From positions 5,018 through 69,017 of the forward strand of contig CAYHKQ010000001.1 of NCBI GenBank assembly GCA_964357255.1: 64,000 nucleotides of DNA. The letters run 5' to 3'. Under the pieces are notes generated by a model. It saw only the letters and a list, made by a program, of their open reading frames with translations, had not been told where the DNA came from and ran no database searches. This document shows, piece by piece, positions 8,860-17,933 of this stretch. Origin of the DNA: an uncultured Elusimicrobia bacterium. Its GTDB lineage: Bacteria; Elusimicrobiota; Elusimicrobia; JACQPE01. The translations under genes were made by a program, and so were the position numbers. Within the stretch, counting starts at the first letter, position 1. Each line of letters starts with the position of its first letter.

Positions 8860-9773
8860 ATAATTCCTCGCGTTAAGCGTAGAACATTTTTTGATTTTTC
8901 TTCACGGCGTGTCTGGGCCGCCGTGGCCCCGGACTCCACCAACCCCATGCGCTGGGTAATTCGGCGCAGACGTTCCAATGCGCGGGTTTCGATTTGCCGG
9001 ACTCGTTCGCGCGAAAGTCCTATATTATCCCCCACCTCTTCGAGGGTGCTGATCTCACTGCCTTTTAAGCCATAGCGCAGATGGAGCACCTGGCGTTCCC
9101 GTGGGGCCAACTCCTTGAGGGCACGATTGAGCTCGTCGTGGAGTTTTAGGACCCCTATTACGCGGTCCGGATTTTTTCCCTCTTCGTCCTTGATAATTTC
9201 TTCGAGGGCTAGATTTTCATCGCCCCCGATAGGACTTTCCAAGGAGCCCATATCCTTGGCCGCCTCCGCGGCATTGACAATGCCTTTGATTTGCCGCGAT
9301 GTCAGTCCCGTCATTTTGGACATTTCCGTGATGGTCGGGTCGCGGCCCAGTTTGCCGTGCATCCGGTCCCAGGTTTTAAACCATTTCCGCAACGCTTCCC
9401 AGGCATGGGGGGGAATTCGGATGGTTTTCGATTGCTCCTCGATCGCCCGGCGGATTCCCTGCTCGATCCAATAGGAGGCGTAGGTGGAAAACCGGAAGCC
9501 TTTTTCCGGGTCGAACTTGTCTATAGCGTGCATGAGGCCGAGATTTCCCTCTTCAATCAGATCGAGAAATTCCATGCCGGCCCGGTGGTATTTTTTGGCG
9601 ATAGGAATAACCAACTTGAGATTTGTTTCCATGATGGTTTTTTTGGCCGCGCTGAAGCCCCGTTTGGCTTTTTTCCAGAGTTTGTACATCTCCTCCCGGG
9701 ACATTTCCGGGAGGCGCTGGATGCCTTGGAAATATTGCCGCGTTAAATCGTAGGTCGAGTGATTCTCAGCCAT
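8811..9773 (-). CDS. RNA polymerase sigma-70 family factor (group 2/RpoS-RpoD-like)
   Basis: Region 2 NLKLVIPIAKKYHRAGMEFLDLIEEGNLGLMHAIDKFDPEKGFRFSTYASYWIEQ. Region 3/4 with LSRERVRQIETRALERLR (HTH). Confidence 0.85.
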   Translation of the reverse strand: MAENHSTYDLTRQYFQGIQRLPEMSREEMYKLWKKAKRGFSAAKKTIMETNLKLVIPIAKKYHRAGMEFLDLIEEGNLGLMHAIDKFDPEKGFRFSTYASYWIEQGIRRAIEEQSKTIRIPPHAWEALRKWFKTWDRMHGKLGRDPTITEMSKMTGLTSRQIKGIVNAAEAAKDMGSLESPIGGDENLALEEIIKDEEGKNPDRVIGVLKLHDELNRALKELAPRERQVLHLRYGLKGSEISTLEEVGDNIGLSRERVRQIETRALERLRRITQRMGLVESGATAAQTRREEKSKNVLRLTRGIIWSKQNLTLGKKLKMT

Positions 9774-9774
9774 A

Positions 9775-10053
9775 TTAATACGTTATATCAAAGGAATGGA
9801 ATTCATTGGCGCATGAAGCCCACTCAACCTCCAGCGCGTCAACCTTGGCCCAGGGGTGTTGAGTTCGCAATGTCTGGATAAAAGTTTCAATCAATGACTC
9901 CTCTCCTTCCGTCGTAACTTCAACGGAGCCGTCCTCTTTGTTTTTAACCCAGCCGGCCAAGCCGTTTTTTTTGGCGATTTTTTGTACGAAAAAACGATAG
10001 CCTACCCCCTGGACCTGCCCGCGTACCGTCAGATGCGCCTTTTTGGTTGCCAT
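9775..10053 (-). CDS. acyP: Acylphosphatase
   Basis: 92 aa; acylphosphatase signatures VRGQVQGVGYRFF and GWVKNKEDGSVEV. Confidence 0.8.
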   Translation of the reverse strand: MATKKAHLTVRGQVQGVGYRFFVQKIAKKNGLAGWVKNKEDGSVEVTTEGEESLIETFIQTLRTQHPWAKVDALEVEWASCANEFHSFDITY

Positions 10054-10193
10054 TCGGCATTAAGGATATTAAAAAAGTGATTTATAATCTATGGTCGGAA
10101 GGTAAATTAAGGCCGACAAGTCCGGAAAGAAAAAATTATTTTTCTAACCTTGCGCACATTGTCCACCTTGTCCGCTTTATCTGCTTGTGTTGT

Positions 10194-10265
10194 CGGGGGT
10201 TGGCGTAGTGGTAGCGCGCACGCTTGGGGTGCGTGAGGTCGTGGGTTCAATTCCCACACCCCCGA
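10194..10265 (+). tRNA. tRNA-Pro (anticodon GGG)
   Basis: CGGGGGT-TG-GCGT-AGTGGTA-GCGC-G-CACGC-TTGGGGT-GCGTG-AGGTC-GTGGG-TTCAATT-CCCAC-ACCCCCG-A. Anticodon loop TTGGGGT. Confidence 0.8.
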
Positions 10266-10294
10266 TTCTCTAGTATTTTTTTTCTAAATTATTA

Positions 10295-11500
10295 ATGATC
10301 CCCAAAAAAGTCCTTATCCTCTACGGCGCCCCTGGTTCGGGCCATGCCCAAGTGGCTTCGGCGTTGGCCCAAGCGATTAATAAAACTCCGGGTTGGATGG
10401 CCCACGAAGATCATCTCTTGCGTCATTGGCCGGCCTTGGGCGGGCTTTTGTTGCGGTTATATCGCTGGGTTCTTGGACATATGGCGGGGGCCTGGGGGCG
10501 TTTACACGGCAATCCTCGCTACTTGGCGATGGCTCGGCGAGCGGAAAGCGTTCTTTACGGCCTGGACATTTTTCGGATTCAAAAAATTCTAGACCGGCAT
10601 CAGCCTCATTTAGTGATCGCCGTCCATGTTTTGCCTCTCAGGTGCCTCGCAGTTTTAAAAGCCGGCGGCAAATTTTCTTTGCCTTTGTATGCCGTCATTA
10701 CCGATTTTTGGGCGCACTCTTACTGGCCCGTAGCAGGCGTTGAGCGCTACTTTGCTTCGAGTAAATGCTCCGCGGATGATTTAATCGCCGGCGGCGTTCC
10801 GGCTCGGCGCGTTGCGATCACGGGCATTCCGCTACGTGAAGAATTTCGTTCCCATCCTTCTAAAATTTATTGCCGCCTGAGGACTAATTTTGATCCGATT
10901 CGCAAGCTAATCCTGGTGATGGGCGGTCGTTATGGGATTTTTCCTTTCGAGGAGTTACTTGAAGCCGCGATGAACGTTTCGGTTGCGCGGCAATGGCAGT
11001 GGGCATTTGTTTTTGGCGGCAATGATCGGGCCTTAAGGCGCGCTCGTGAGAATTTGCCGCCGGAGGAGTCCCGGCGCATTCGCTTGACGGGGTTTCTTGA
11101 GGACATGGCTCCATTGATGGCGGCTTCGGATCTTTTGATCACGAAAGCCGGAGGTTCGACCTTGGCTGAGGCGCTGGCCTGCGGGGTAGCGATGATTCTG
11201 TGCCGCCCCATTCCCGGACAGGAAGAAGGCAATGCTCGTTTTTTAGTAAGCCTGGGAGCGGCGTTGCGTGCCGACACAGCCGGCGTCGCCCTGCAAATGG
11301 CTGCCGGACTTCTTCAATCGTCCGACAAGATCGAGAGCATGCGAGAGGCCGCGCGGTCGCTGGCCTATCCCGACGCGGCCGGCGAGATTGCCCGGAGGTT
11401 GGACTCCCCGCTTGTTTTTGGTGGAGCCGAGGGGGCTCGAACCCCTGACCTCTTCCTTGCGAAGGAAGCGTTCTCCCAACTGAACTACGGCCCCATTTAA
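10295..11500 (+). CDS. GT28-family glycosyltransferase (MGDG-synthase/UgtP/MurG-like diacylglycerol glycosyltransferase)
   Basis: N-terminal KKVLILYGAPGSGHAQVASAL, typical of MGDG-synthase-like N-domains, and a C-terminal GT-B domain (LITKAGGSTLAEALACGVAMIL). The last ~26 codons read across the antisense of tRNA-Ala, so the true C-terminus is uncertain. Confidence 0.65.
   Translation: MIPKKVLILYGAPGSGHAQVASALAQAINKTPGWMAHEDHLLRHWPALGGLLLRLYRWVLGHMAGAWGRLHGNPRYLAMARRAESVLYGLDIFRIQKILDRHQPHLVIAVHVLPLRCLAVLKAGGKFSLPLYAVITDFWAHSYWPVAGVERYFASSKCSADDLIAGGVPARRVAITGIPLREEFRSHPSKIYCRLRTNFDPIRKLILVMGGRYGIFPFEELLEAAMNVSVARQWQWAFVFGGNDRALRRARENLPPEESRRIRLTGFLEDMAPLMAASDLLITKAGGSTLAEALACGVAMILCRPIPGQEEGNARFLVSLGAALRADTAGVALQMAAGLLQSSDKIESMREAARSLAYPDAAGEIARRLDSPLVFGGAEGARTPDLFLAKEAFSQLNYGPI
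11422..11494 (-). tRNA. tRNA-Ala (anticodon CGC)
   Basis: Reverse complement GGGGCCG-TA-GTTC-AGTTGGG-AGAAC-G-CTTCC-TTCGCAA-GGAAG-AGGTC-AGGGG-TTCGAGC-CCCCT-CGGCTCC-A, with the G3:U70 Ala identity pair. Confidence 0.85.
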
Positions 11501-11536
11501 GTCTAAATTAATGGCGACACAAATGTTTAAAAAATT

Positions 11537-11609
<73 letters not shown>

Positions 11610-11715
11610 GCTTTAAAAAGAAGGCCAATGACGCCAGCAGGCCAATAGGGCTAAAAACGCAAACAGCGGCATTGTCCTCTTTGGCCTTCCGCTACAGTAT
11701 GCTAAATTACTTGTC

Positions 11716-11979
11716 GTGGATAAAGGAAAGCTGACGGCTCTGGTTCGCCTCAAGACCGGCTGGGACAAAGAGGCCTCTGATGGGGCCGTGGACATTGTTC
11801 TTGACTCGATCAGGGCGCTTTTGAACACCGGCGACCGCCTGACCATTCACGGCTTCGGAAGTTTTATCGTGCGTATTACCAAGCCTCGCCGTGGGCGCAA
11901 TATTAAAACCGGAGAATCCGTGGCTATTCCTCCCCAAAAGCAGATCAAATTCCGCATGAGCCAGAATTTTCTGTCGTAG
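11716..11979 (+). CDS. HU/IHF-family nucleoid-associated DNA-binding protein
   Basis: GTG start; 87 aa; the HU/IHF arm motif RLTIHGFGSFIVRITKPRRGRNIKTGESVAIPPQKQIKF. Confidence 0.8.
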   Translation: MDKGKLTALVRLKTGWDKEASDGAVDIVLDSIRALLNTGDRLTIHGFGSFIVRITKPRRGRNIKTGESVAIPPQKQIKFRMSQNFLS

Positions 11980-11981
11980 CA

Positions 11982-12368
11982 ATGCCGAAGGATACCCCAT
12001 CCGCCTTCACCCCCCATCCCTCTCTTTGGCGGCCTTCTTATACTATCCGGGAGGCGGGGCGTTTGACCCAGTTGCCTTCGCGCGTGTTGCGCTACTGGGA
12101 AAGCCGTCGTCTATTGAGTCCTGAGCGCTCCATCCGCGGGCACAGACGTTACCGCCAGTCGGACATTGAAAGGATTTTGAAAATCAAAGAGCTTTTTTAT
12201 GTCAAAGGAATGCGTTTGGAGGGCGCGCGCAAGGCCTTGATCGAGGAGGCCAAGAAGCGCCAAAAGAGCTCGGAACTTCCATTGGAACTCGCCACTCAAT
12301 CCGCGGCGTCCGACGCGTTGGCCCAAACAAAGCAGGTTTTGAAGGAAATTTTAGCGATTCTGCGCTAA
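11982..12368 (+). CDS. MerR-family transcriptional regulator
   Basis: MerR HTH YTIREAGRLTQLPSRVLRYWESRRLL, followed by a coiled-coil. Begins 3 nt after the HU/IHF gene. Confidence 0.75.
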   Translation: MPKDTPSAFTPHPSLWRPSYTIREAGRLTQLPSRVLRYWESRRLLSPERSIRGHRRYRQSDIERILKIKELFYVKGMRLEGARKALIEEAKKRQKSSELPLELATQSAASDALAQTKQVLKEILAILR

Positions 12369-12427
12369 CTATTTTTACAGTCGCACTTTCCCCTTTTGGC
12401 CTCTCCACCTGAAGGGTTGCCCAAGAA

Positions 12428-12976
12428 CTATTCATTTTCTTCCTCTTCTTCCGGAGGTTCCTGGTCTTTTTCTTTGGTTTTTTTTGAGCCCTTGTCCTTT
12501 AGGCTTTTGAAGATGTCCTCGGGTTTCAAATTTTTTATCTCTTCTTTGAATTTGCCCACCTCCTCCTCGGAGATGGGCTTGTTCATGGTGTGACATTTTT
12601 CAAAAACTTTTTCGTCAACGAAGATGACGCAATTAGCTCGCACGGCCAGGGCAATCGCGTCGCTGGGACGCGAGTCAACGACGTGTTTGGTTGAGTTGTG
12701 GCTGATGTGGACCTCGGCGTAGAATGTTTGAGCCCGCAGGTCGCTCACTACTACATGGTCTATTTTATAGCCTACGCTTTCGATGGTGTTGATCATTAAG
12801 TCGTGGGTCATTGGCCTGGGCAGGGCGATGTTGGCGAATTTGAGCGCGATGGCCTGGCCTTCGGCAATTCCGATCCAAATGGGCAAGAGCCTGGGGCCGT
12901 CTATTTCCTCAAGCAAGAGGACGCATTCGGTTCCGCTGGTGGCGATCGAGTAGACTTTGACCTTGATCATTGCCAT
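12428..12976 (-). CDS. Bifunctional nuclease family protein (DUF151/BFN domain) with an acidic/lysine-rich tail
   Basis: The DUF151 hallmark RPSDAIALAVRANCVIFV, and the N-terminal VKVYSIATSG...LLLEE block. Confidence 0.7.
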   Translation of the reverse strand: MAMIKVKVYSIATSGTECVLLLEEIDGPRLLPIWIGIAEGQAIALKFANIALPRPMTHDLMINTIESVGYKIDHVVVSDLRAQTFYAEVHISHNSTKHVVDSRPSDAIALAVRANCVIFVDEKVFEKCHTMNKPISEEEVGKFKEEIKNLKPEDIFKSLKDKGSKKTKEKDQEPPEEEEENE

Positions 12977-12977
12977 G

Positions 12978-13949
12978 CTATTTTAATCTTAACAGGAGTT
13001 CTCGGGATTTGGAAGGGGTGTTAAGGATAGTCTGGATTTGATGAAGCAGGGGGAGCCTGATCTTTTGCTTGGCGGCCAGGCGGTTGAATTGCCGGCAAGC
13101 CTCAACCCCCTCGGTGACCATGCCGATGCGCCGGCGCCCTTCTTCTAGGGAACAGCCTTTGGCCAGAATTCGTCCCAGTCCGGAATTTCGGGAATTAGGA
13201 GAAAGGCTGGTCGTTAATAAATCCCCCAAACCGGCCGGGCCCCAGGCCGTTTCTTTTTGGCCGCCGAGGCGTTCGCTCATGCGGGTTATTTCGTCCATGG
13301 CTCGGCACAAAAAAATCGCTCGGGCGTTGGCCGGGGCGCCCAAACCTTCGAGGATTCCGTAGCCCAAACCGTAAATGTTTTTCATGGCCCCGCCTATTTG
13401 GACCCCGATGATATCTTCGGAGGTTTGTATGCGCAGGTTGCCGCGCGACAGGATTTTTTGGATTTGACGGCGCTTGGCATTGGCCGGCCCGGCCAGAACC
13501 GCGAGGGTCGGCGAGCCTTGGAGCAATTCTTTGGCGATCGTGGGGCCGGACAGGGCAAAAATATCGTTTTTGCTTAAACCCAGGATTCTGCGCGCGTTTT
13601 GGCTTAACGGTAAGAGCGTTTTAGGATCGAGCCCTTTGCTTAGTATCAGGAAGGCAAGGGGCCGGGGTTGGAATTTGATCCGCTCAAGCGTTGATGAAAA
13701 AAAATCTCCGGCCACGGCCAGGATCAGAAGGTTTCGAGGTCCGATGCGGAGCGCTTCGATTTCGCCGGTCACGCGGATTGATTTGGGACAACGGCCTTGT
13801 CCGGCGAGCGCCGGATGAACGCCCGTTGTTTCAATCGCGCGGCGCGTGCGTTCGAGGTATTCCCAGGCGATGATATCGCGAATTCCATAATGCGCTAAAT
13901 GTATAGAAAGCGCCCCGCCCCAAGCTCCAAAACCGATGACGCGGATCAT
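12978..13949 (-). CDS. gpsA: NAD(P)H-dependent glycerol-3-phosphate dehydrogenase
   Basis: N-terminal Rossmann fold MIRVIGFGAWGGALSIHLA; GpsA-like length (323 aa); adjacent to plsY. Confidence 0.85.
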   Translation of the reverse strand: MIRVIGFGAWGGALSIHLAHYGIRDIIAWEYLERTRRAIETTGVHPALAGQGRCPKSIRVTGEIEALRIGPRNLLILAVAGDFFSSTLERIKFQPRPLAFLILSKGLDPKTLLPLSQNARRILGLSKNDIFALSGPTIAKELLQGSPTLAVLAGPANAKRRQIQKILSRGNLRIQTSEDIIGVQIGGAMKNIYGLGYGILEGLGAPANARAIFLCRAMDEITRMSERLGGQKETAWGPAGLGDLLTTSLSPNSRNSGLGRILAKGCSLEEGRRRIGMVTEGVEACRQFNRLAAKQKIRLPLLHQIQTILNTPSKSRELLLRLK

Positions 13950-13962
13950 AAATAAAAAATCA

Positions 13963-14580
13963 TCAACCTTTTTTTAACGAGCCGGCGAAAAATTCTCCTC
14001 CCGACAAGAGACGTTTTATGTTGGAAATGTGGCGGATGAGGATGATGACGCCGACGCCCAGAGCCATGATGCTTAAGGAGCGGGGAGCGCCCAAGAGAAC
14101 GCTTGAGAGCGGTAGCGTGACCGCCGCGGCCATGGAACCCACGGAGATGTGTCCGGAGAGCTTTGTTCCCAAGGCAAAAGCGCCCGTGGCGCACAGGGTG
14201 GGCAGGGGTAGAAGTCCGGCAAATACGCCGGCGCTGGTGGCTACGCCTTTGCCGCCTCTAAATTTTAAAAAAATTGTCCAGTTATGCCCGATGACGGCCA
14301 AGACTCCGGCGGCAATGGGGAAGAAAAGCGAATCCGGCCCTAGCGAGAAGGCCAAATAGGTGGGGATGTAACCTTTTAAGATATCAAGGATTGCGGTGGC
14401 GATGCCCTGCGCCTTGCCGCAAACGCGGTAGACATTGGCGGCGCCGGGGTTGCCCGAGCCATATTCGCGGATGTCAATGCCCTTGACACGTTTGGCGATC
14501 AGATAGCCCGATGGAATGGCCCCTGAGAGATAGCTCAATACCAGCAGGCCCATCTGAGCGGAATTTAGCGGCATAGTCAT
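13963..14580 (-). CDS. plsY: Glycerol-3-phosphate acyltransferase PlsY
   Basis: PlsY motif GSGNPGAANVYR, multiple TM segments, 205 aa. Confidence 0.85.
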   Translation of the reverse strand: MTMPLNSAQMGLLVLSYLSGAIPSGYLIAKRVKGIDIREYGSGNPGAANVYRVCGKAQGIATAILDILKGYIPTYLAFSLGPDSLFFPIAAGVLAVIGHNWTIFLKFRGGKGVATSAGVFAGLLPLPTLCATGAFALGTKLSGHISVGSMAAAVTLPLSSVLLGAPRSLSIMALGVGVIILIRHISNIKRLLSGGEFFAGSLKKG

Positions 14581-15119
14581 CGGTCGTTTAGTTTTTTACT
14601 GCCAAATGTCAGGTAGTCCACGAATGAGACAAAGGTCAGGAGCGCTACTCCATAAGACATGACTTCTAACACGGTGGCCATCCGGCCGCCCAAAGCGGGG
14701 TAGGCGTGGCTAAAGATGAGCAAGAGAAAATACACCATTTGCGCGCTAATGGCGAGCTTTCCGGAAAATCGAGAGAGGGTTTTGACGCTTTGTTCTCTCG
14801 CCAGGTAAATAATCCAACCTACGAGGATAGCAAAATCTCTAGACAGGAGTAAGATGAAAAACCATTTGGGAATGAGGCCTAGGTAGAGAAGGAGGGTGTA
14901 ACTCGGAATTAAAACGATTTTGTCCGCAACCTGATCCAGGAAGGCGCCGAATTTTGTGATCTGTCGGTATTTACGGGCCACAAACCCGTCGAGCGCATCC
15001 GTTAAGATGCTGGCCAGAAAGAACCAGAAGGCGGGATCATAGGTTTTATAAATCAGGCAGATTAGAAAAAATGGCGTCAGGCTGATGCGTAAAAGGGTGA
15101 TTTTGCTGGCGAAATTCAC
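14577..15119 (-). CDS. CDP-alcohol phosphatidyltransferase (PgsA-like)
   Basis: DALDGFVARKYRQITKFGAFLDQVADK matches the D-G-x2-A-R-x8-G-x3-D-x3-D signature. TM protein. Overlaps the plsY start by 4 nt. Confidence 0.8.
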   Translation of the reverse strand: MNFASKITLLRISLTPFFLICLIYKTYDPAFWFFLASILTDALDGFVARKYRQITKFGAFLDQVADKIVLIPSYTLLLYLGLIPKWFFILLLSRDFAILVGWIIYLAREQSVKTLSRFSGKLAISAQMVYFLLLIFSHAYPALGGRMATVLEVMSYGVALLTFVSFVDYLTFGSKKLNDR

Positions 15120-15171
15120 AAAAATTTTTCGCTCCGCTCGGACAAACTGAAAATTTTACCTGGAAAAATTT

Positions 15172-16458
15172 TCATGAGCGGGCCATTCCCTGTAGTTTTT
15201 TGATCTGTTCTCGGGGAGCCTGAAGCAGGATTCGGTATCCTCCCTTGCCGTCGGCGCGAAAGTTAAGAACCTTGCTGACTTTATACACCAAGGCCAGGAG
15301 ATGGCCTTGGTGGGCTGAGATTTTAATTTCGGCGCGCCCCCAGGAGGCGAGCAATCGTTTCTCGATCGCCGCTAAGAGTTTGTCTAGGCCTTCGCCGGTT
15401 TTGCACGAGACCCAAAGGCCCGATGCGCCCGGGATCAGGCGCTCATTTGAGCCGGCCGGGACAAGATCGGCCTTGCTGAACACTTGGAGTTGAGGATAGT
15501 CGTTCACTTCAAGGCTTTTGAGGATTTTGTTCACTTCGGCGTTCCTGTGAATCCGGATTTCGTCCGGGCAGGCCGGATCGCTCACATGGATGAGTAAATC
15601 AGCCCATCGGATTTCTTCAAGAGTGGCCCGGAAACTGGTCACAAGATGAGTCGGTAGTTTGCTGATAAAACCCACGGTATCCGTCAAAAGAATCGGCAAA
15701 CCGCAGGGAAGGTAAACGCGTCGCGTCATAGTATCGAGGGTTGCGAAGAGGCGCTCGTCGGCCCAGGCCGGTCCTGGTTCGCCGGCGCTCGAAGAGCGCT
15801 TCGACGCCACCAGCGCGTTAAGCAGAGAGGATTTACCGGCATTGGTGTAGCCCACAATGGCGGCCTGCGCCACGCCTTCTTTGAGGCGTTTAGCGCGTTG
15901 CACTTCACGCTCCAAGCGCACCCGATCGAGATCATTTTTAATGTGTTGAATTCTGGTCCGGATTCTGCGTCGGTCGTATTCCAGGGCGCGTTCGCCCGGG
16001 CCGCGCGTGCCGATTCCTCCCCACTGCTGGGACATCTCCCGTCCGCGTCCGGTGAGCCGCGAGAGAAGATAGCTGTGTTGAGCCAGTTCCACCTGAAGCA
16101 TGCCCTCTCTGGTTTTGGCGCGTTTGGCAAAGACGTCGAGAATTAGGCGCGTGCGGTCAATCACCTTGGTTCCCAGAAGGTTTTCGAGATTTCTTTGCTG
16201 AGTGGAACTCAACTCTTCGTCAAACACCACGCAGTGCGAGCCGGAGCGCGACGCAATGTCGGCTATTTCAAGGGCCTTGCCCTTTCCGATCAGAAAAGCC
16301 GGATCACGCGTCCGGCGTTTTTGCAGAATTTTTTCGGCTACCGCGCCGCCGGCGCTGATAACCAAGTTTTCAAGCTCGTCGAGAGCGTTGTCTGAGGGAC
16401 CTTGAGTCGCAGATGTAATCAGGCCCGCCAGAATGACTTTTTCGGATTGCCTTAGCAT
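15172..16458 (-). CDS. hflX: GTPase HflX
   Basis: HflX N-domain, G1 motif GYTNAGKSSLLNAL, DTVGF, and a C-terminal domain. Overlaps miaA by 7 nt. Confidence 0.85.
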   Translation of the reverse strand: MLRQSEKVILAGLITSATQGPSDNALDELENLVISAGGAVAEKILQKRRTRDPAFLIGKGKALEIADIASRSGSHCVVFDEELSSTQQRNLENLLGTKVIDRTRLILDVFAKRAKTREGMLQVELAQHSYLLSRLTGRGREMSQQWGGIGTRGPGERALEYDRRRIRTRIQHIKNDLDRVRLEREVQRAKRLKEGVAQAAIVGYTNAGKSSLLNALVASKRSSSAGEPGPAWADERLFATLDTMTRRVYLPCGLPILLTDTVGFISKLPTHLVTSFRATLEEIRWADLLIHVSDPACPDEIRIHRNAEVNKILKSLEVNDYPQLQVFSKADLVPAGSNERLIPGASGLWVSCKTGEGLDKLLAAIEKRLLASWGRAEIKISAHQGHLLALVYKVSKVLNFRADGKGGYRILLQAPREQIKKLQGMARS

Positions 16459-17450
16459 GGGACAGGGGGCGCCGGAGCGCCGGTCTCATGGAGAATAAAT
16501 TCCGAGGCTTGTTGGAGAAAATTCGGCTCCGGGGCAATGGGAATCAAATCTTTTTCTTGCCGAAACCAGCTACGTTGGCGTTTGGAGTATTGGTAATCGG
16601 CCCGTACGCAATCGGCCATGGCTTCTTCCGGCGTAGACCGGCCTTTTTGTAATTTCCAGATGGGTTCGGCCAAAAGCGCTTCAAAAGCGGCCAAATGAGG
16701 AGTTTTTTCGCCGTAAAGGGTTTCCATGCGCCGGACTTCGCCGAGCATTTTGTCCCAGGAGTCTTGAATGCGCTTGGAGATTCTTTCTTTGATTTGAGCC
16801 GCGGGTCGGTTCAGATAAAACGCTTTGAATTTCCAGGGCAGAGCAGGGCAAGCGGGATGGGCCTTGCGATAGAGGCTTAGCGGCTGACCAAGTTGAAGGC
16901 AGAGTTCCAGGGCGCGCAGTACGCGCCGGGGATTTTTCGCGTCGAGACGTTCGTAGGCCGCAGGGTCGCGCCGTTGGAGTTCGATCCCCAGGCTTTCGAG
17001 GCCTTCTTGCCGAAGGCGATTTTCCAGCCGCAGTCTTAACTGCGGGTCGGGATCCGGCGCCGGCGAGAAGCCTTGGCTCAACGCTCTCCAGTAAAAGCCG
17101 CTACCGCCGGCCACAATGGCCCAGGGGGATCGCGAGAGAATTGTTTTCAAGAGCGGACGGGCCGCTTTGCCGAATAAATGCGCGCTCCAGCGTTCGCGTG
17201 GATCGAGAAAATCCACCAGATGGTAGGGGATGCCTTCGTTGGTTTCGTAAATTTCATTTGTTCGAGCCTTTTTGACCCAGCGACCTTCGGGCACGGCCGT
17301 GAGCGAGGGCAGGCCCTTGTAAATACCCCGTGAATCGCAGGAGACGATTTGGGTCTTGAGGATTTTTGCCAAATGAATAGCCAACGCGGTTTTGCCTGAA
17401 GCCGTGGGCCCCAGAATGGCGATGACGCGCGGCGGCTCCTTAGGACTCAA
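16452..17450 (-). CDS. miaA: tRNA dimethylallyltransferase
   Basis: P-loop ILGPTASGKTALAIHLA and the MiaA fold, 332 aa. Confidence 0.85.
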   Translation of the reverse strand: MSPKEPPRVIAILGPTASGKTALAIHLAKILKTQIVSCDSRGIYKGLPSLTAVPEGRWVKKARTNEIYETNEGIPYHLVDFLDPRERWSAHLFGKAARPLLKTILSRSPWAIVAGGSGFYWRALSQGFSPAPDPDPQLRLRLENRLRQEGLESLGIELQRRDPAAYERLDAKNPRRVLRALELCLQLGQPLSLYRKAHPACPALPWKFKAFYLNRPAAQIKERISKRIQDSWDKMLGEVRRMETLYGEKTPHLAAFEALLAEPIWKLQKGRSTPEEAMADCVRADYQYSKRQRSWFRQEKDLIPIAPEPNFLQQASEFILHETGAPAPPVPC

Positions 17451-17453
17451 GAA

Positions 17454-17933
17454 TTATGGGGTGAGGATTTTTTGCGCTTTTTTGCACAGGTTGAAAAAGT
17501 GACAGCCGGAGCCGACGCAGATCTCCGGGATATTCAGGGCGGCCCTTGTCTCGCAGTCCGCATAGTCGTCCACGATGTGGCGCAGACGGTTGCGGACTTT
17601 CTCAGCCAGGCATGTGAAGCGCACGCCCAGCGTTTGAACGCCTTCTCTGTCGCGCAGATGAACCAGCGTGCCGTCGAGGCGAACGCGATTTAAGCCCGGC
17701 AGATTCGACACCAGTCGAATTCGGTCAACGCCTTCTAGAATTTTTTTGGAACCGAAGGCTACCAGGGCCATGCCTCCAGGCGAGATATTAGCCAAAATTG
17801 CGGGGATTCTTAGGGCTTTAACCTTAGATTTTGGCGTGGAGTCGGCGCTACGCAAGACGGCGATTTCAATCGGTTCGGCCAGATCGGCCGCCACGGGAAT
17901 TCTGGGGTGTTTTCTTCGGTCTTTTTTGATCAT
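17454..17933 (-). CDS. PilZ-domain protein (c-di-GMP-binding candidate)
   Basis: RRKHPRIP (the RxxxR motif) and ANISPGGMAL (the D/NxSxxG motif). C-terminal Cys cluster CVGSGCHFFNLC. Confidence 0.6.
   Translation of the reverse strand: MIKKDRRKHPRIPVAADLAEPIEIAVLRSADSTPKSKVKALRIPAILANISPGGMALVAFGSKKILEGVDRIRLVSNLPGLNRVRLDGTLVHLRDREGVQTLGVRFTCLAEKVRNRLRHIVDDYADCETRAALNIPEICVGSGCHFFNLCKKAQKILTP

Noticed and set aside
9115-9753. Several 90-150-aa ORFs antisense to the sigma-factor gene (e.g. 9291-9746 +). Similar antisense ORFs occur inside the aminotransferase, ALDH, Bat and pst genes.
   Set aside because: These are typical GC-rich antisense open frames. They are low complexity (Arg/Pro/Ser-rich), have no start context, and are fully contained within strongly supported genes.
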